From contig JAQGDQ010000029.1 of the NCBI GenBank assembly GCA_030141605.1, forward strand, positions 744,001 through 808,000: a stretch of 64,000 bases of DNA, written 5' to 3'. Source of the DNA: Tubiluchus corallicola. Lineage: Eukaryota; Animalia; Priapulida. Positions 38,471 through 50,950 of this stretch are shown here, piece by piece; within the stretch, counting starts at the first letter, position 1, and every line of letters begins with the position of its first letter. The position numbers were made by a program, and so were the translations under genes. Below the pieces are notes generated by a model, which did not search any database, was not told the origin of the DNA, and saw only the letters and a program-made list of their open reading frames with translations.

Positions 38471-41400
38471 TTGCACTGGAGCATAAACCCGAGCACAAGG
38501 CAAGCTGCCAATCTGATGTCATGCAATGTTAGTTTAACAAATCAAATAAAACTGCTACATGTATTTGCTTTATTTGCTCATTATTGATTTTATTCAGAAA
38601 CTACAAACAAACCAAAGCAAATTAAGCCAAACACGCTTGCAAAATGATCAAGTTTTGTTTGCAAATGTAAAAATGCCAACTCATCTTCCTAGTCCTCATC
38701 CATGACAATTACCACAACATGGTAATATAAACTCAAGTTTTTTTCTTTCAGAGACTTTTAACTGTATTCTTTAGAGAAAAGTGTATTAGGTACTTTAACA
38801 AATTTGGAATGTGAATGCATGTAGCAGAAATGCAAAGCCTTGCCACCTTACTCCATTAATTTGTTTGGAATGTCAATGAACGACACAAGGAACGGAAGCA
38901 TTGATGTTATGTAATGACTATTAGATTACTGTCTATTCACACGTAACAGTGATCAGTTATCCTTACTGTCACTGAACAGGGTCATCTGTTGTGCAAATAC
39001 ATGTCTATAAATAAGTGTAAATGTAGTATTATTTTACAAAACTGACTTTAAATAAAGGTTTACATAATGTAACATTTCTTACACAAGAATTATTAGTCTT
39101 TGCACAATCTCTAGAGAGCATTGGTACAATGTTGAATAGTAGCACATTTTATGAAATACTGGATGTAGATTTATGCAAAATATAGTATGAAATTTGCAAC
39201 ATTTGCTAGAGAGAAGGTGCTGCTTGTTTGAAATTGTAATGTAGAAAGGGTAAAAAAAGTAATTGAAAATGTGTATAAAATTGTTATCACACACAAAGCA
39301 GCCCAAATGCAAAATAAATGTTAAATGTTAAACATCCTCTAATGTTAAACATTTTACATCATTGTTAGAGAATGAAAACTTGTTACAACATTGTAAATTT
39401 GATCGTAACTTGTTAACAGAGAGCCTGGGTGGCTTCTCCCTTTTCTCTTGCATTACATTGTAATATTACTTTTGAAAAGAATCAATCAATCAAATCCCAG
39501 TTTCAATGTCAGTGCGTAATCTTGTTCCATTATGGCACATGTTCCATCAGATTTATTCTAGGTTAAGGACGAGTTTGCAGTTTTGTATTTACAGCTGTAT
39601 TTAAAAGAAATATTACTAAAAACAGAGGACATGTATTACATTGATTAGCTTGCTAACATCCCTGGCTTCCTGTTTCTTAATTAAATTGTCTTGTTAAGCC
39701 AGCATCTATCAAACAAATAATTTCTAAACAAGAAACCAAAACAAGCATCCATCACAAGTGCAGATGTTTATCAGGCAAATTCTACACAGGTTCCTTAATT
39801 TGACATTATTTTTCCATCTTTTTTCCAGATTTTGCTCATTAACATGCACTAAATACTTAACAGAAGCAAAAATTCTACCAGGTAAATTATGGTTGATATT
39901 ATATGCAGTGCAGTCAGTGTACTGAGCCAAATTAATTAATCAGCCATTGCAACACACGGAATGTTATTTTCACCTTTACCCAAGTTACATGCTGCTTTGT
40001 TTTTAAAAGTGCACTAATGTTTGTTAATATATATATATATATATATATACATATATACACCCCTTCTTTCCCTCCCTCCTCAGTCTCTACTAATGATGAT
40101 GATAATGATTATTTTGCTCTGCACTAAGAGCAAGACGTGGGTAGAACCTGAATAACCAAATAACTATAATCATGCATCTCTATCCTCCGCATGACGGAAA
40201 TGTCACGGTATGAGCAGGAAAGCCAATCATAATATGAAGTTCTGTGCCGTAAAAATGGTTTAAATTACCTACTCCTGATGCAAAAACCAGGAGCAAAAAC
40301 AGAAATACGATTTGGCAAAAATCACAGATAAATAGATTAATTTTGATAAATAAAACGGCAGTGTTAAAATGATTTCGGTAGTTTAGGTAAGCATATACGC
40401 AATTTTACAAAAAAATGTTTGTTTAAGAAGTACGATGGCAGTTTTAGAATCACACATGCTTGTACAGTGCATTAACAGTACAGTGAAAGTACATTCATTA
40501 TTCATTAGATTTGATAATTAGCGCATTTATGATTACGCGGAATTGTTCAGCACAGCAGATATCACATAAAAGTTCTAGTAAAGTATTCTATGTAGTGTAG
40601 CATCCATGAATTTTTTACTATATTGTTATGAAACACATGTACTTTCCTACACAATAGCAAAACTGGTTATGTTTCGACTTTCTAAAACAGAAGAATTATC
40701 TTAACAGTTGTTACTTTTATACAACTTCTTTCAAAAGCTGAATAAGCCCCTTAATATGCTGTACTATGCACATATGTTTCAGAAGCAATTATTATATCCA
40801 ATTATATTGTTGAAACCCTTGGGAGAATTACTATAGTACTAATTACATGCACTGGGGGATTATTGCAATAACAGCACCTGCACTATCAACTTAAGTAAAA
40901 TAAGAGTGAAAGCAGGTCACATAAGAGCTGTCGAAAACAAAGAAAAAATGGGAAAAGAATCTTGTTTAATTGTTTTGATCCTAAAAGCGGCAAAAGCAAT
41001 CTTAGACCAGTGTTTAAATTTTGCCCTAAATTCAAAAAAATCTTTGTTTTTGTACTCAGAAAATAAATATGTGCTTTATTGTTGCTTTCCACACTGCTGT
41101 TAAGAAAAAAGAAACGAAGAGATTAAAATATGGGCACAGTTATTACCGAAACTTCACATTATGATATTTACAACAATCACATGAGATGATCCGTATTAAT
41201 AGATTACATTAAAACAAAAAGATATGTCGGCCTACTACATTATAACTGCAAGTGGCCTAGTAATAAAGGCTAATACATGATAAGATGAGAAAACTGTATA
41301 GACTAGATTTTACGTGACATAATAAACGTTTATGATATTAAATACTACCTAAATAAACAATTCTTTTATATTGAGACTACAGAATATCTTTGACAAAGAG

Positions 41401-41708
41401 TCTGTGGGTAATATAGTACAGAACAATCTACTATGTTAAAACAACTCAATACAGATTGCCCAGAAAATCCATAGGTATGAGAAGAAGCCTGTTTGGACTA
41501 AATAAGTAAATGGCCTATTGAAGCCTATTGAATTAGGCAGAATGCCAGATTATTCGACCTATAGGCTACTCATTCATACAAGCTAGCAAGCATGTTTGCT
41601 CATTAGAGATGCAACCTGTTTGCAAGGGCCGATCCAGGTAACCAAGGTTGTTAGAAAACAATGACACTGTGCCTTGAGAATATGCCATACTCTGCATCCT
41701 GATGACTT

Positions 41709-41835
41709 TTGTTGTCATTGTTGTTGTTGTTGTTGTCGTCATTGTTGCTGCTGCTGCTGCTCTTCTTCTTCTTCTTCTTCTTCTTATCATTATTATTGTA
41801 TTAATTATTATTATCATTATTATTGTTATTGTTAC
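41709..41835. repeat. Compound trinucleotide microsatellite (GTT/GCT/CTT/ATT)
   Basis: Direct reading. Confidence 0.9.
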
Positions 41836-42767
41836 TGTGTGTACCTTTATTATAGTTGCTTATGTGAACCTTTTCAGCCAAAATTTTCATTATCAATAAA
41901 ATCGAGCATTGTCAGCCAAACAGCTAAAGAGGGATGTAAAAAAAGACGCCGTTCATAATTTAGTTTCTCATTAGTTACATCTAACGTAAAACATAATTAA
42001 TACCTTGTCAACGGATCAAAGGAGATACTGTGTCACAAAGAAACAACAGGTGATATTATTACACAAAGACGCAGGTGGCAGGTGTCAAACAAGGACTTGT
42101 AAAGCCTATAAATGCATTCAAATTGTTGACACCTAGTCATGAAAACATGAGAGCGATACTTTCAAAGCTCTTTAGGAAAGGATCTATAACATATGTGACA
42201 TGGCTCAGGGCTACTGGGGAAAAGATCTAAAAGTGTTATCCAATAAAAACAGTGAGTGCAAAGATCTTAATTATACATCTTTGTTACCGGTTGAAAGTAT
42301 TTTTCTCAGAGAAGCTCATGTAACATCCATTGCTGGTTAATAAAGGTTAACAGCCAGGAATACGAGCAAACCACCCGGTGCTTATGGCAGAAAATAATAC
42401 ATAATAGCAGTTCATGGTTGACATTTCAAACATTGACTGCTAAGTAAATAGAGCCAGAGTAAATTTAGCAGCAACTAGAGTAATGAAGGCATATTAGGTA
42501 AGGTGACTTAAGCAAAACAATAACAGTTGGTAGAGTTTAAACCACTTCTCCATGCGCAACTGATGTGGTAGTTAAGAGGGTACAAAAAATCATCGTTGAC
42601 ATAAGAGTGAGAAAATTCTTAAATAATAAAAGTTTCAGAAATGTAGTACAAGAGTACTTTCTGTAATCTTAATTTGTAATGTTGTTAGTTTATTTTAATC
42701 TTACTTTATACGAGCATCAAAATTACACCAAGCAGTTTACCAGTAGTGATTATGTACATGTAATGAT

Positions 42768-42876
42768 TATATACATGTAACACATACATGTAACATATAC
42801 ATGCAACACATACACGTAACATATACATGCAACACATACATGTAACACATACATGCAACACGTACATGTACATACA
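42768..42876. repeat. 13-bp minisatellite (acatacatgYaac)
   Basis: About 8 tandem units. Confidence 0.85.
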
Positions 42877-45379
42877 ATTAATACAGCATTTTAAATTCAA
42901 AACATCATAATCGTGTTGCCTAACACACGTTTCTAACAGCTTAATAGATTTTGTCCAAGCTTAGGAAACTCTTAGGGCTAATGTTTACTGAAACTTTATT
43001 GCAGTTGCCACTAAAGGTGCATTTCACAAAAGCAAACATATTACTCAATAAATGTTTTAATAATAGTCATAAGGCCTATTTAAATGATGCGTCCCGCACG
43101 TAATCCCAAGAATAGACGCAATGGCAAATCTGTTTGCACAATGCATTTTGTTTTTACTGTATTTGTCCTAGATGTAGTAACTTATTTTACAGCAGGCTGC
43201 CATGGGGTCGAATTGTAAAGCAAACTGCCATAGTGGATTTCCTTGAAAAGGCCACACCAAGAAATAACCTTCTTCAACAAATAAGATAGAACCAAAGTTT
43301 GCAGAGCATTTATTTTTGACTATTTGATTCTTGGCATCAGACTGTGTTGCTACAAACTGTTGCTGTGTCAAATTTAGACTTAATTTGTTTATTCTCTACC
43401 TGCTCAACGTCTTTGCCGAGTGTTTCTTACAGGCCTATACTTCAGAAAGAAGCACACATTTCTTATGATGTGTGGTATTATTGCAGATAGACTAGGCTAT
43501 TTTTGCAAAGTAGTATAGTAATACTAAATTTTACAAAAAAGAAAAGAAATCAAGGCAAAATTGCTTTGGCAATTCTACATATTCTTTCACAAAACAGAAG
43601 TCACCAATTTTTAAATGAGAATTTTTCTGATTGTAAATTGGCATCACTCAAATAAAAATTCGCATCATTAAAAAAACATGATTTCAAAACCGTCAATTTA
43701 AATTTTTCCAACCCTATTGAATGATTTATAAAAACGCAAAAAAAACAATTAATTGTCAAATGCCACATTCTGATACTGTTTAATCAATGTCATTGTTGCC
43801 TGATTGCTTTGCAAGTCTATGGGGACCACTGTTTCTTTAGACCAGCATTCTTCCAAGCAGTATGTCAAAAACACATGACTCAATCTCACCTATCTGACTT
43901 CATAAAAATTGGAAAATGTGTCTTGGCAAGCATCCATTGCATTAAGTCATAAAATTGCATCATATGTACAGTTTACCAGGTGAGTTTTAGACGTATACGT
44001 CTGACTCAAGCGACAAGCGTAAGCAAAAATTACACAGTGTAAATAGGACTTAAGATGCGACCTAGCAAAATGCATGCAACCAGCAGCGTGGCTATATAGA
44101 AATGTATGAAACCTGCATTGGTAAGCATGGCTGGTACCTAGATTGGTATCTACACAGCAGACTGTGTATGAAACAAACATAACAACTACTATGTGTGACA
44201 CTGCAGACTGCATTCACATGTTTTTTTCAATTGTTTATTAGTTTCCTGGATTGCAGTTGCTGAGAGGAGAGTGACTAGGATTTTAGAATTAAAAGATATA
44301 TATTAAGCTCTTTTAACGATATAATGTGGTAGCATTAATGGAGTCTTATCTTTCTGTACATGAATACCTGAGTTTCACCAAATAACAAACAAGCAAGTTT
44401 ATTATGTTAGTGAAAAAAAATGCATAGAAAAAACATAAGAAGCCTGAATAACTGGCATGTAGCTTCAAAACATTATGAAAGTAGTCAACAACATATGGCT
44501 GTTTGCATTCAGTTTATAACATTTAGCGAGACTCGCAGTGAACTGCCAACCAATAAATAATCAAGTACAAGATAGTTTGCAAGAAAACAGAACTTTTTAC
44601 AGTAGCGTGTACATAAGGTAGCAAAAGCTAGCATTTGATAGACACACAATGAATCAGAAAAACATTTGATGCAGAACGATGTAGAACTGCTGCACTTATG
44701 TTTTAACTATGTAAACACACTATATTGATAATAATAGTTTGCCTAACATCATATCAATAGACTAACACAATCACTGTATAGCAGACTATGAGGCAATATG
44801 GCATCACGTTGCAAACTTATATAATTGAATATACTATGAATATTATTCTGTTTAGGGATTTTAAAAACTGACCTGTTACAGAGCAAATTTGTTCATTTTT
44901 TTTATGTATCGGCGATCAGTCCACTATAATTTAGAGCATTTTACTTTAGGTCACAAAAGTGCAGCATAAGTCACAGTATACAACACTGTACTTCAGTACT
45001 TTATAGAAAAATGCAAGTGACGGATTTGGAGGGGGGATGTATCTCAAACCAGGTCACAATTCAAAAACAAAGCCACACAAGTAAAAAAACGAGCAATGAG
45101 TACAAAATGCGACAAAAGAATCATCAAGAAAACATAACATTCAGCCATGTGACCTACAGATGGGCTATAAAGCCTTTAAATCTACACCAGGAGTAATTAC
45201 TTTAGTAATGAAAAATAACTTTAACTATTACAGGCCTAAGTACATCTTAGTACACAGTATGGTTTATAGTAAATCACTTGTAAGTCAATAAAGTGAACGG
45301 AAGGTGCCTTATCCCTTCAAGCCATTTTAGCATCGATGACAGAACACTAAGCACAATTTTTCATTTTTTACAGAAACTG

Positions 45380-45573
45380 AAATTAAAATTGATCAGAACT
45401 GGTGCTCAAAATATAGAAAAATTGTTTACCGTTTATGGCACCATTTACCATTTTGCGGGCAAAGCCTACAGCGCTCTCCCAAACCCCCTAGCTGGATGGC
45501 CGGGGAAGCTGCTTTTCACTCTTTTACCACCACTACCACCACCAACAACAAAAAAAACCTACATCCGCTACTG
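45380..45573. mobile_element. hAT-like MITE fragment just downstream of the CRAT stop
   Basis: cctacagcgctctcccaaaccccctagctgg body motif and a terminal catccgctactg (CAGTGGCGGAT-type end). Confidence 0.5.
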
Positions 45574-45609
45574 AAAAATACTATATGTCACTTACAACTA
45601 AGCTCAGTT

Positions 45610-48600
45610 TCATAACTTTGACTTGCCTTCCCTCAACATAATGTTTCTCATTTCTCGCAAGCTTTGCTCCACACATGTGCGTAACTTCGCAGAACTCGTT
45701 TCAGGACTGGAGTAATAGGAGGTGATGGAAATGTTTATCTGTAAAAAGAAAATTCAGTTTACAATATCCGTATCACACTCTTGCTGTCACATCTTACACT
45801 AGGTCGTGGTTATAAGTTTTGTATTGCATTTAAATCTGGATCTTCAAACAATTTATGTTTGTTTATTATTATGTTCTTACTAAAGTAATATTTAAAAGAA
45901 TATGCCTCTGTGCTTGCATATTACTAAAGTAATATTTATTACTAAAAATACTAAATATAATACTTATTACTAAACATACAATCAGCAACAGTAAATTTCT
46001 TGAATAATTCTATTAAGAATGACCTTAGGCAGCACACTACATGCTGATACATGGTTATAAAATAGAAGGTATTATTGTAATAGCAATGTGACAAATAAAC
46101 TTAACTATAGATTATACTCAATATTTTAATTAAAAATCTTAAATTATTTAAAATGCTGTTAATCTGTGATTTTAATATTGTGTATTTCAAGATTTTTACA
46201 TATACTTGCTAGATATATGGTGATGACAATGATGATGATCACGGCAACAATGATGACAAAATGAATGTTGATGATGAAGATAAAAAATGATGATTGTCAT
46301 CATCAGTGTGGGTTTATGTGCAAAATTTTTTGAGGGGTTTGGCTAATTGCTATATTAAAGTTATAACTTCTTTGCAGGACACTAATCGAACATGACTTAT
46401 GAACATACGACATGCACACACTGAGCATAATCCTGTTTTGTTTACAAATGTGAGTGGCTGAAAAATGAAAAACTGCTGAAAAAGAAAAAGCAGGCATTTG
46501 TCCCTACTTGGTAAAACAACCATGCAGAGCTACAATATAGGATTTTACTAAATTTGTAGCACACAAAAACCTCTGCAGTTCGGAAAAATAAAGAGAACTA
46601 ACCGACTCTTCTCTGGGGTTATAGCAGAAGCCATACCCATCTGGCACCACTGCACCAAATATTAATGATGCATCAACTTTTAAAGGTACCTGAAATAAAA
46701 CAAGAGAAATAATTTGTCAGCTATACAATTTCACGTTTCTACTAATCAACAACTTTCCGTTCAACTCAAAATGCTTTTAAATTGTTTTGTTGGCATCAAG
46801 GGTGTCCGCTGTAACTTTTCTAAGGGGGGGGGGCAAAGGGATATACTCCTACTATCAGAATTATTACTTAAAATTATCGTACCCCTGGTGCCGCATATGG
46901 TGTACCTTACCTTAACTACACATTATACTGATTATATATCAGGCGATCTACTGTACTACTGAGCGAGGCAGAGAATAGAAATTTCCGAGTCCCGACACTC
47001 CTTAGGGAATTAATTATAAAGTTCCAACATTGAAACCCCCTTGCCCTAGGTCAGAAGGCCTGATCTAGGGGGGTCAAATGACCTGTTTGCCACCCCAGAC
47101 AAACACCCATGGTTGGCATGCTCCTCTCTTAATATTTATTAGCAACTTAATCGGTATTAATATAAAATCAGTATTATTATAAATACGGTAAAATAAGCTA
47201 ACGTCATGCACAGCCTATTGTCGTAAAATGAGTTTCAAGCTTTTTCCTAAAAATAATAAAGTACATAATACAGCTACTGCTTCTTCCTTTCCACTATCAA
47301 TAGAGGAGCGGAAAAACAGTTTATATATTACTTTGTTATTTTTAGCAATGTCATTCGCTCATTTCCTGAGCTACTGCATTAGTCGGTGTACCACATTATC
47401 CCATTTTACCACAGTGTGCAAACACTCAGCATAATGATGTATTTTCTATGCATTACCTGTGATGTGATGAAGCTGCCTAATAACAGATGAGTTTAACTAA
47501 CAAGATACACTAACTATGACACACTCAGAAAAGCAAACAAGCTGGTACAGGTGGCTGGCCAGCTAGAATTTTATCAACAAACAATTGCAGGGGTTGTTAC
47601 CTGACTGGTTGATATATTGAAGTGCATTGCGGTTGTGTAGCTTGTATCCATGAATATATCAGGTACATTCATTCCATTCTCTATTGCTATGAGCTTTAGG
47701 CCTAATAAATGTCTGTCTATTGCCATACCATTAAGAGCCTAAAATAAAGAACGTAAAACATATAAACCACAAGACATTAGAATAATTAGTAGTGTTCCTA
47801 GGAGGATTTATAACTTTAACTGCCATGATGCATCAAACAGAACATCCTTAACTTCAAAGTGCCAAACAACTGTAACATGTGTTTGCACTGAGACTTAATC
47901 TGCTTCTTAGAATGGAACACAATCTGCATACAGGAAACTAGTGCTATTTCCTGAACTAAATTAAATATGAAGAAAGTGTAATGACAAAAAATAGGTGTCT
48001 ACATCTGGATGCTATTCACAACACCATCAGCCAAATTATTTAAGAATTAATTAAAAAATAGCAATGAGTTTAGTAAACTTATAAAAAGATGAACTATTAT
48101 TAGTCTTGCTAACACTATGAAGCCAAAATCCACACACTAGGAAGATAACAGACAGGGATGGGTGTCTGAGGATGTGTTTTGTAAGCTTCCCCGATGGGAT
48201 GCAGAATGGCAAAAGCACATAGATCAGAGGCACTTTATTTTCCATGCAGTTGTTAAAAGCTTCAAATTTATCTTCTTTTAAAGTATTTTGCTTTTTGAAG
48301 TTTTGATTGTATATTAACGTTATCTTAATGAAACTGCTCTCTGTCTTCTATTGAGACAAAAAAGTAATTTCTGTACAACGACAACGACTTATAAACCATT
48401 AAATAATTTTACAGATAGATTGAATAACTTAAAGATTTTGCTATTTTATTATAATTCTGAAATAAATTGCATTTACTACAAGGTCAACTTACCAAGTACA
48501 ACTGCACTAAATTTTAATTGATTAATTTCATACTTCAGTAATGGCTAGCAAACTGCTTTCATGTGGTTCATCAAAGGGTTCTTTTTCAAGCAGCAGTTAA

Positions 48601-50912
48601 GCTTGAATGAGAACCTTCTTTTAATTCAATTATAATTTTTGCAGTAGATTACATCATGTTATATTGTGTGCTCAGTCTCTCTACACCAGACACTCCTTGC
48701 TGAAGATAGTTTAAGCCAACAGGATCGGTCACCATGCGAAGTCACCCTCACCAAAAATGAGAGGTGACATTAACCAGCTGCTTATGTAAAGTACCAGTTG
48801 AGAACTACCAAAATGACTGTTGCCTAAATCTGACTAGTATTACCTGATTTTGTATTGAAACTGCAACCAAACTAAAATTAAGGCCCATCAAAAACTATAC
48901 AAAAATTAAAATAAGTGATATCGCATTGTGTAAATAGCTAGTTAAGCTTGATTTTGACACAAATTTTTCAATAACACGTGTACAACACATTTTCCACATT
49001 TTCACTGCAACATTAATTTTTAACAACAGTCATACATGCAAGCTTGTTATCAGGGAATTAGGTAAGTTAAACATTCCAGTCATGCTAGCATTTGAGATGT
49101 GCTTGTTTTCTGTGTGCCCTTAATTATAAATAAAACTTCTAGTTAGAGGTAATTAATTACTACTAGTAGATTAATTATCGACTTAATGCAGTTTTCTTAA
49201 CCTAGCATATAAATTTAGGCAGCATAGTTGTATGTAGCATAACTTAAAAATGGTTGTTTTAGCAGCACTTAAATATTTTTGTACTCGGCATTCATTTGTT
49301 TGTGGTCATAACTTATTAAATCTTTTTTATCCTATCCGAACGTTCAATACAACTTTTGGTTGGGAATGAATTTTAATGCCACATTCTGTCAAATTTACCT
49401 GCAATCCAGTAAAATTAATAAAACTGCACGAATAATACACCACCTGCTACGTGGGTACATAACTGCTGTACATTCTTACTCGTTCTGTCTGTGTGAAGCA
49501 TTATTTGGCACATATTATGCATGCATACTTATGCATAAAACTTATGCATGAAACTTATGCATAAAGCCATTTCATCCAAGATTTTTCCATTACTCTTTGA
49601 TTAATTTACTCTTAAAATAAAATTAACACAAAATACAGCCACCTAGTCAGTGGTATTTAATTAACAAGCAAGTGTAATGACTGAAAGCTAAAGTCAATTA
49701 CAGGCACGAGAAAAAATAAAAAAGAGAAGAAAAACAAACTGCTTAGAAACGTCAAGTTTAGCAATGAAAAGTAAACTGAAAACTAAATCAATCATAACGA
49801 TCTTTCTTTCTCTACTGGTCTTAAATCAATTTCTGCTGCATTTGCATGAAATGCAAACTGCTAAGTATGAAGCAAACTGATCAAAGTGTTAAACTACGAA
49901 CACACGTAGCACCTAAAGCTATATATTAAGTTCCAATACTTACTTCCATCCCTGAGTAAGAGTGGATACTGAATTTTATCTGTGAGATGAACAGGAACTA
50001 GCTAGCATAATACAAAGAATGCAATGCCCTTAGGAGCTTACTAGCTTGTCTAAATTGCGTAGCTGCTGAAAGAGTTGTGCATTAAGGCCTGGGATGCTTT
50101 CATATTCAGGATTCAAAGTGAAGACAAGCCAGGGTCAAACTATAATAGCTTGACATTTAAAGGTCAAAAATAAAAGGAGGCCAATCCAAAGGGATATTCT
50201 CAAATTAAAGGCTAAATTATTAATGATTTAACTGGTACTATAGTACTGCAGAAAGAAATCCTTGTATTCATTGAGAAAGTAGACATTGAGCACTGGCAAA
50301 ATTCAGCTACATCACAATACAGCTCACAATATATGACAATATTTATGGCACCAACAATTGTCAAGGAAAAGGAAATATTTTATGTTGGCGCACCTTTAAC
50401 AAATTGGGAAATCTTTTCAGATTAATGCAGACTCTATTAATGCACGTGTTTACATACCCAAACTAGACATTATTAATGTTGCTTAGTTTTATTAGAATGC
50501 TAAATCTGTAAACTAAAAAAACCGCATGTTATAAAAGAGTCAGAACAAACTGTACCGAACTATTAAGAGTCTACCAAATTGGACTAATGGAAAATTCTTT
50601 CCTTTCTGGGAGGAGACTAAAATGATTTATTGCACTGTCCTTATCATAGCTTTAGTGGTAAAACAATTTTGGCAGTCAAAACTCTTAAAAAATCTGTTGT
50701 AATAATTTCTAACTAGCCAACCCCCGCAAAAAGAATTTTGCGCATAAATGGACATACAACCAACACCACACCACCCACACCATACCATACCACCCCACCA
50801 CACCACCCACACTTGCCATACCACTCACACCACACATCCCACACCACACTAAACCACACCCACCACACAACCACACCACACCACTCCACCAACACCACAC
50901 ACACCCTACTAC

Positions 50913-50950
<38 letters not shown>

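Noticed and set aside
45600-45612. Stop-codon readthrough masking the SKL
   Set aside because: The context is UGA-AAC, not the UGA-CUAG readthrough motif; nothing else supports it.
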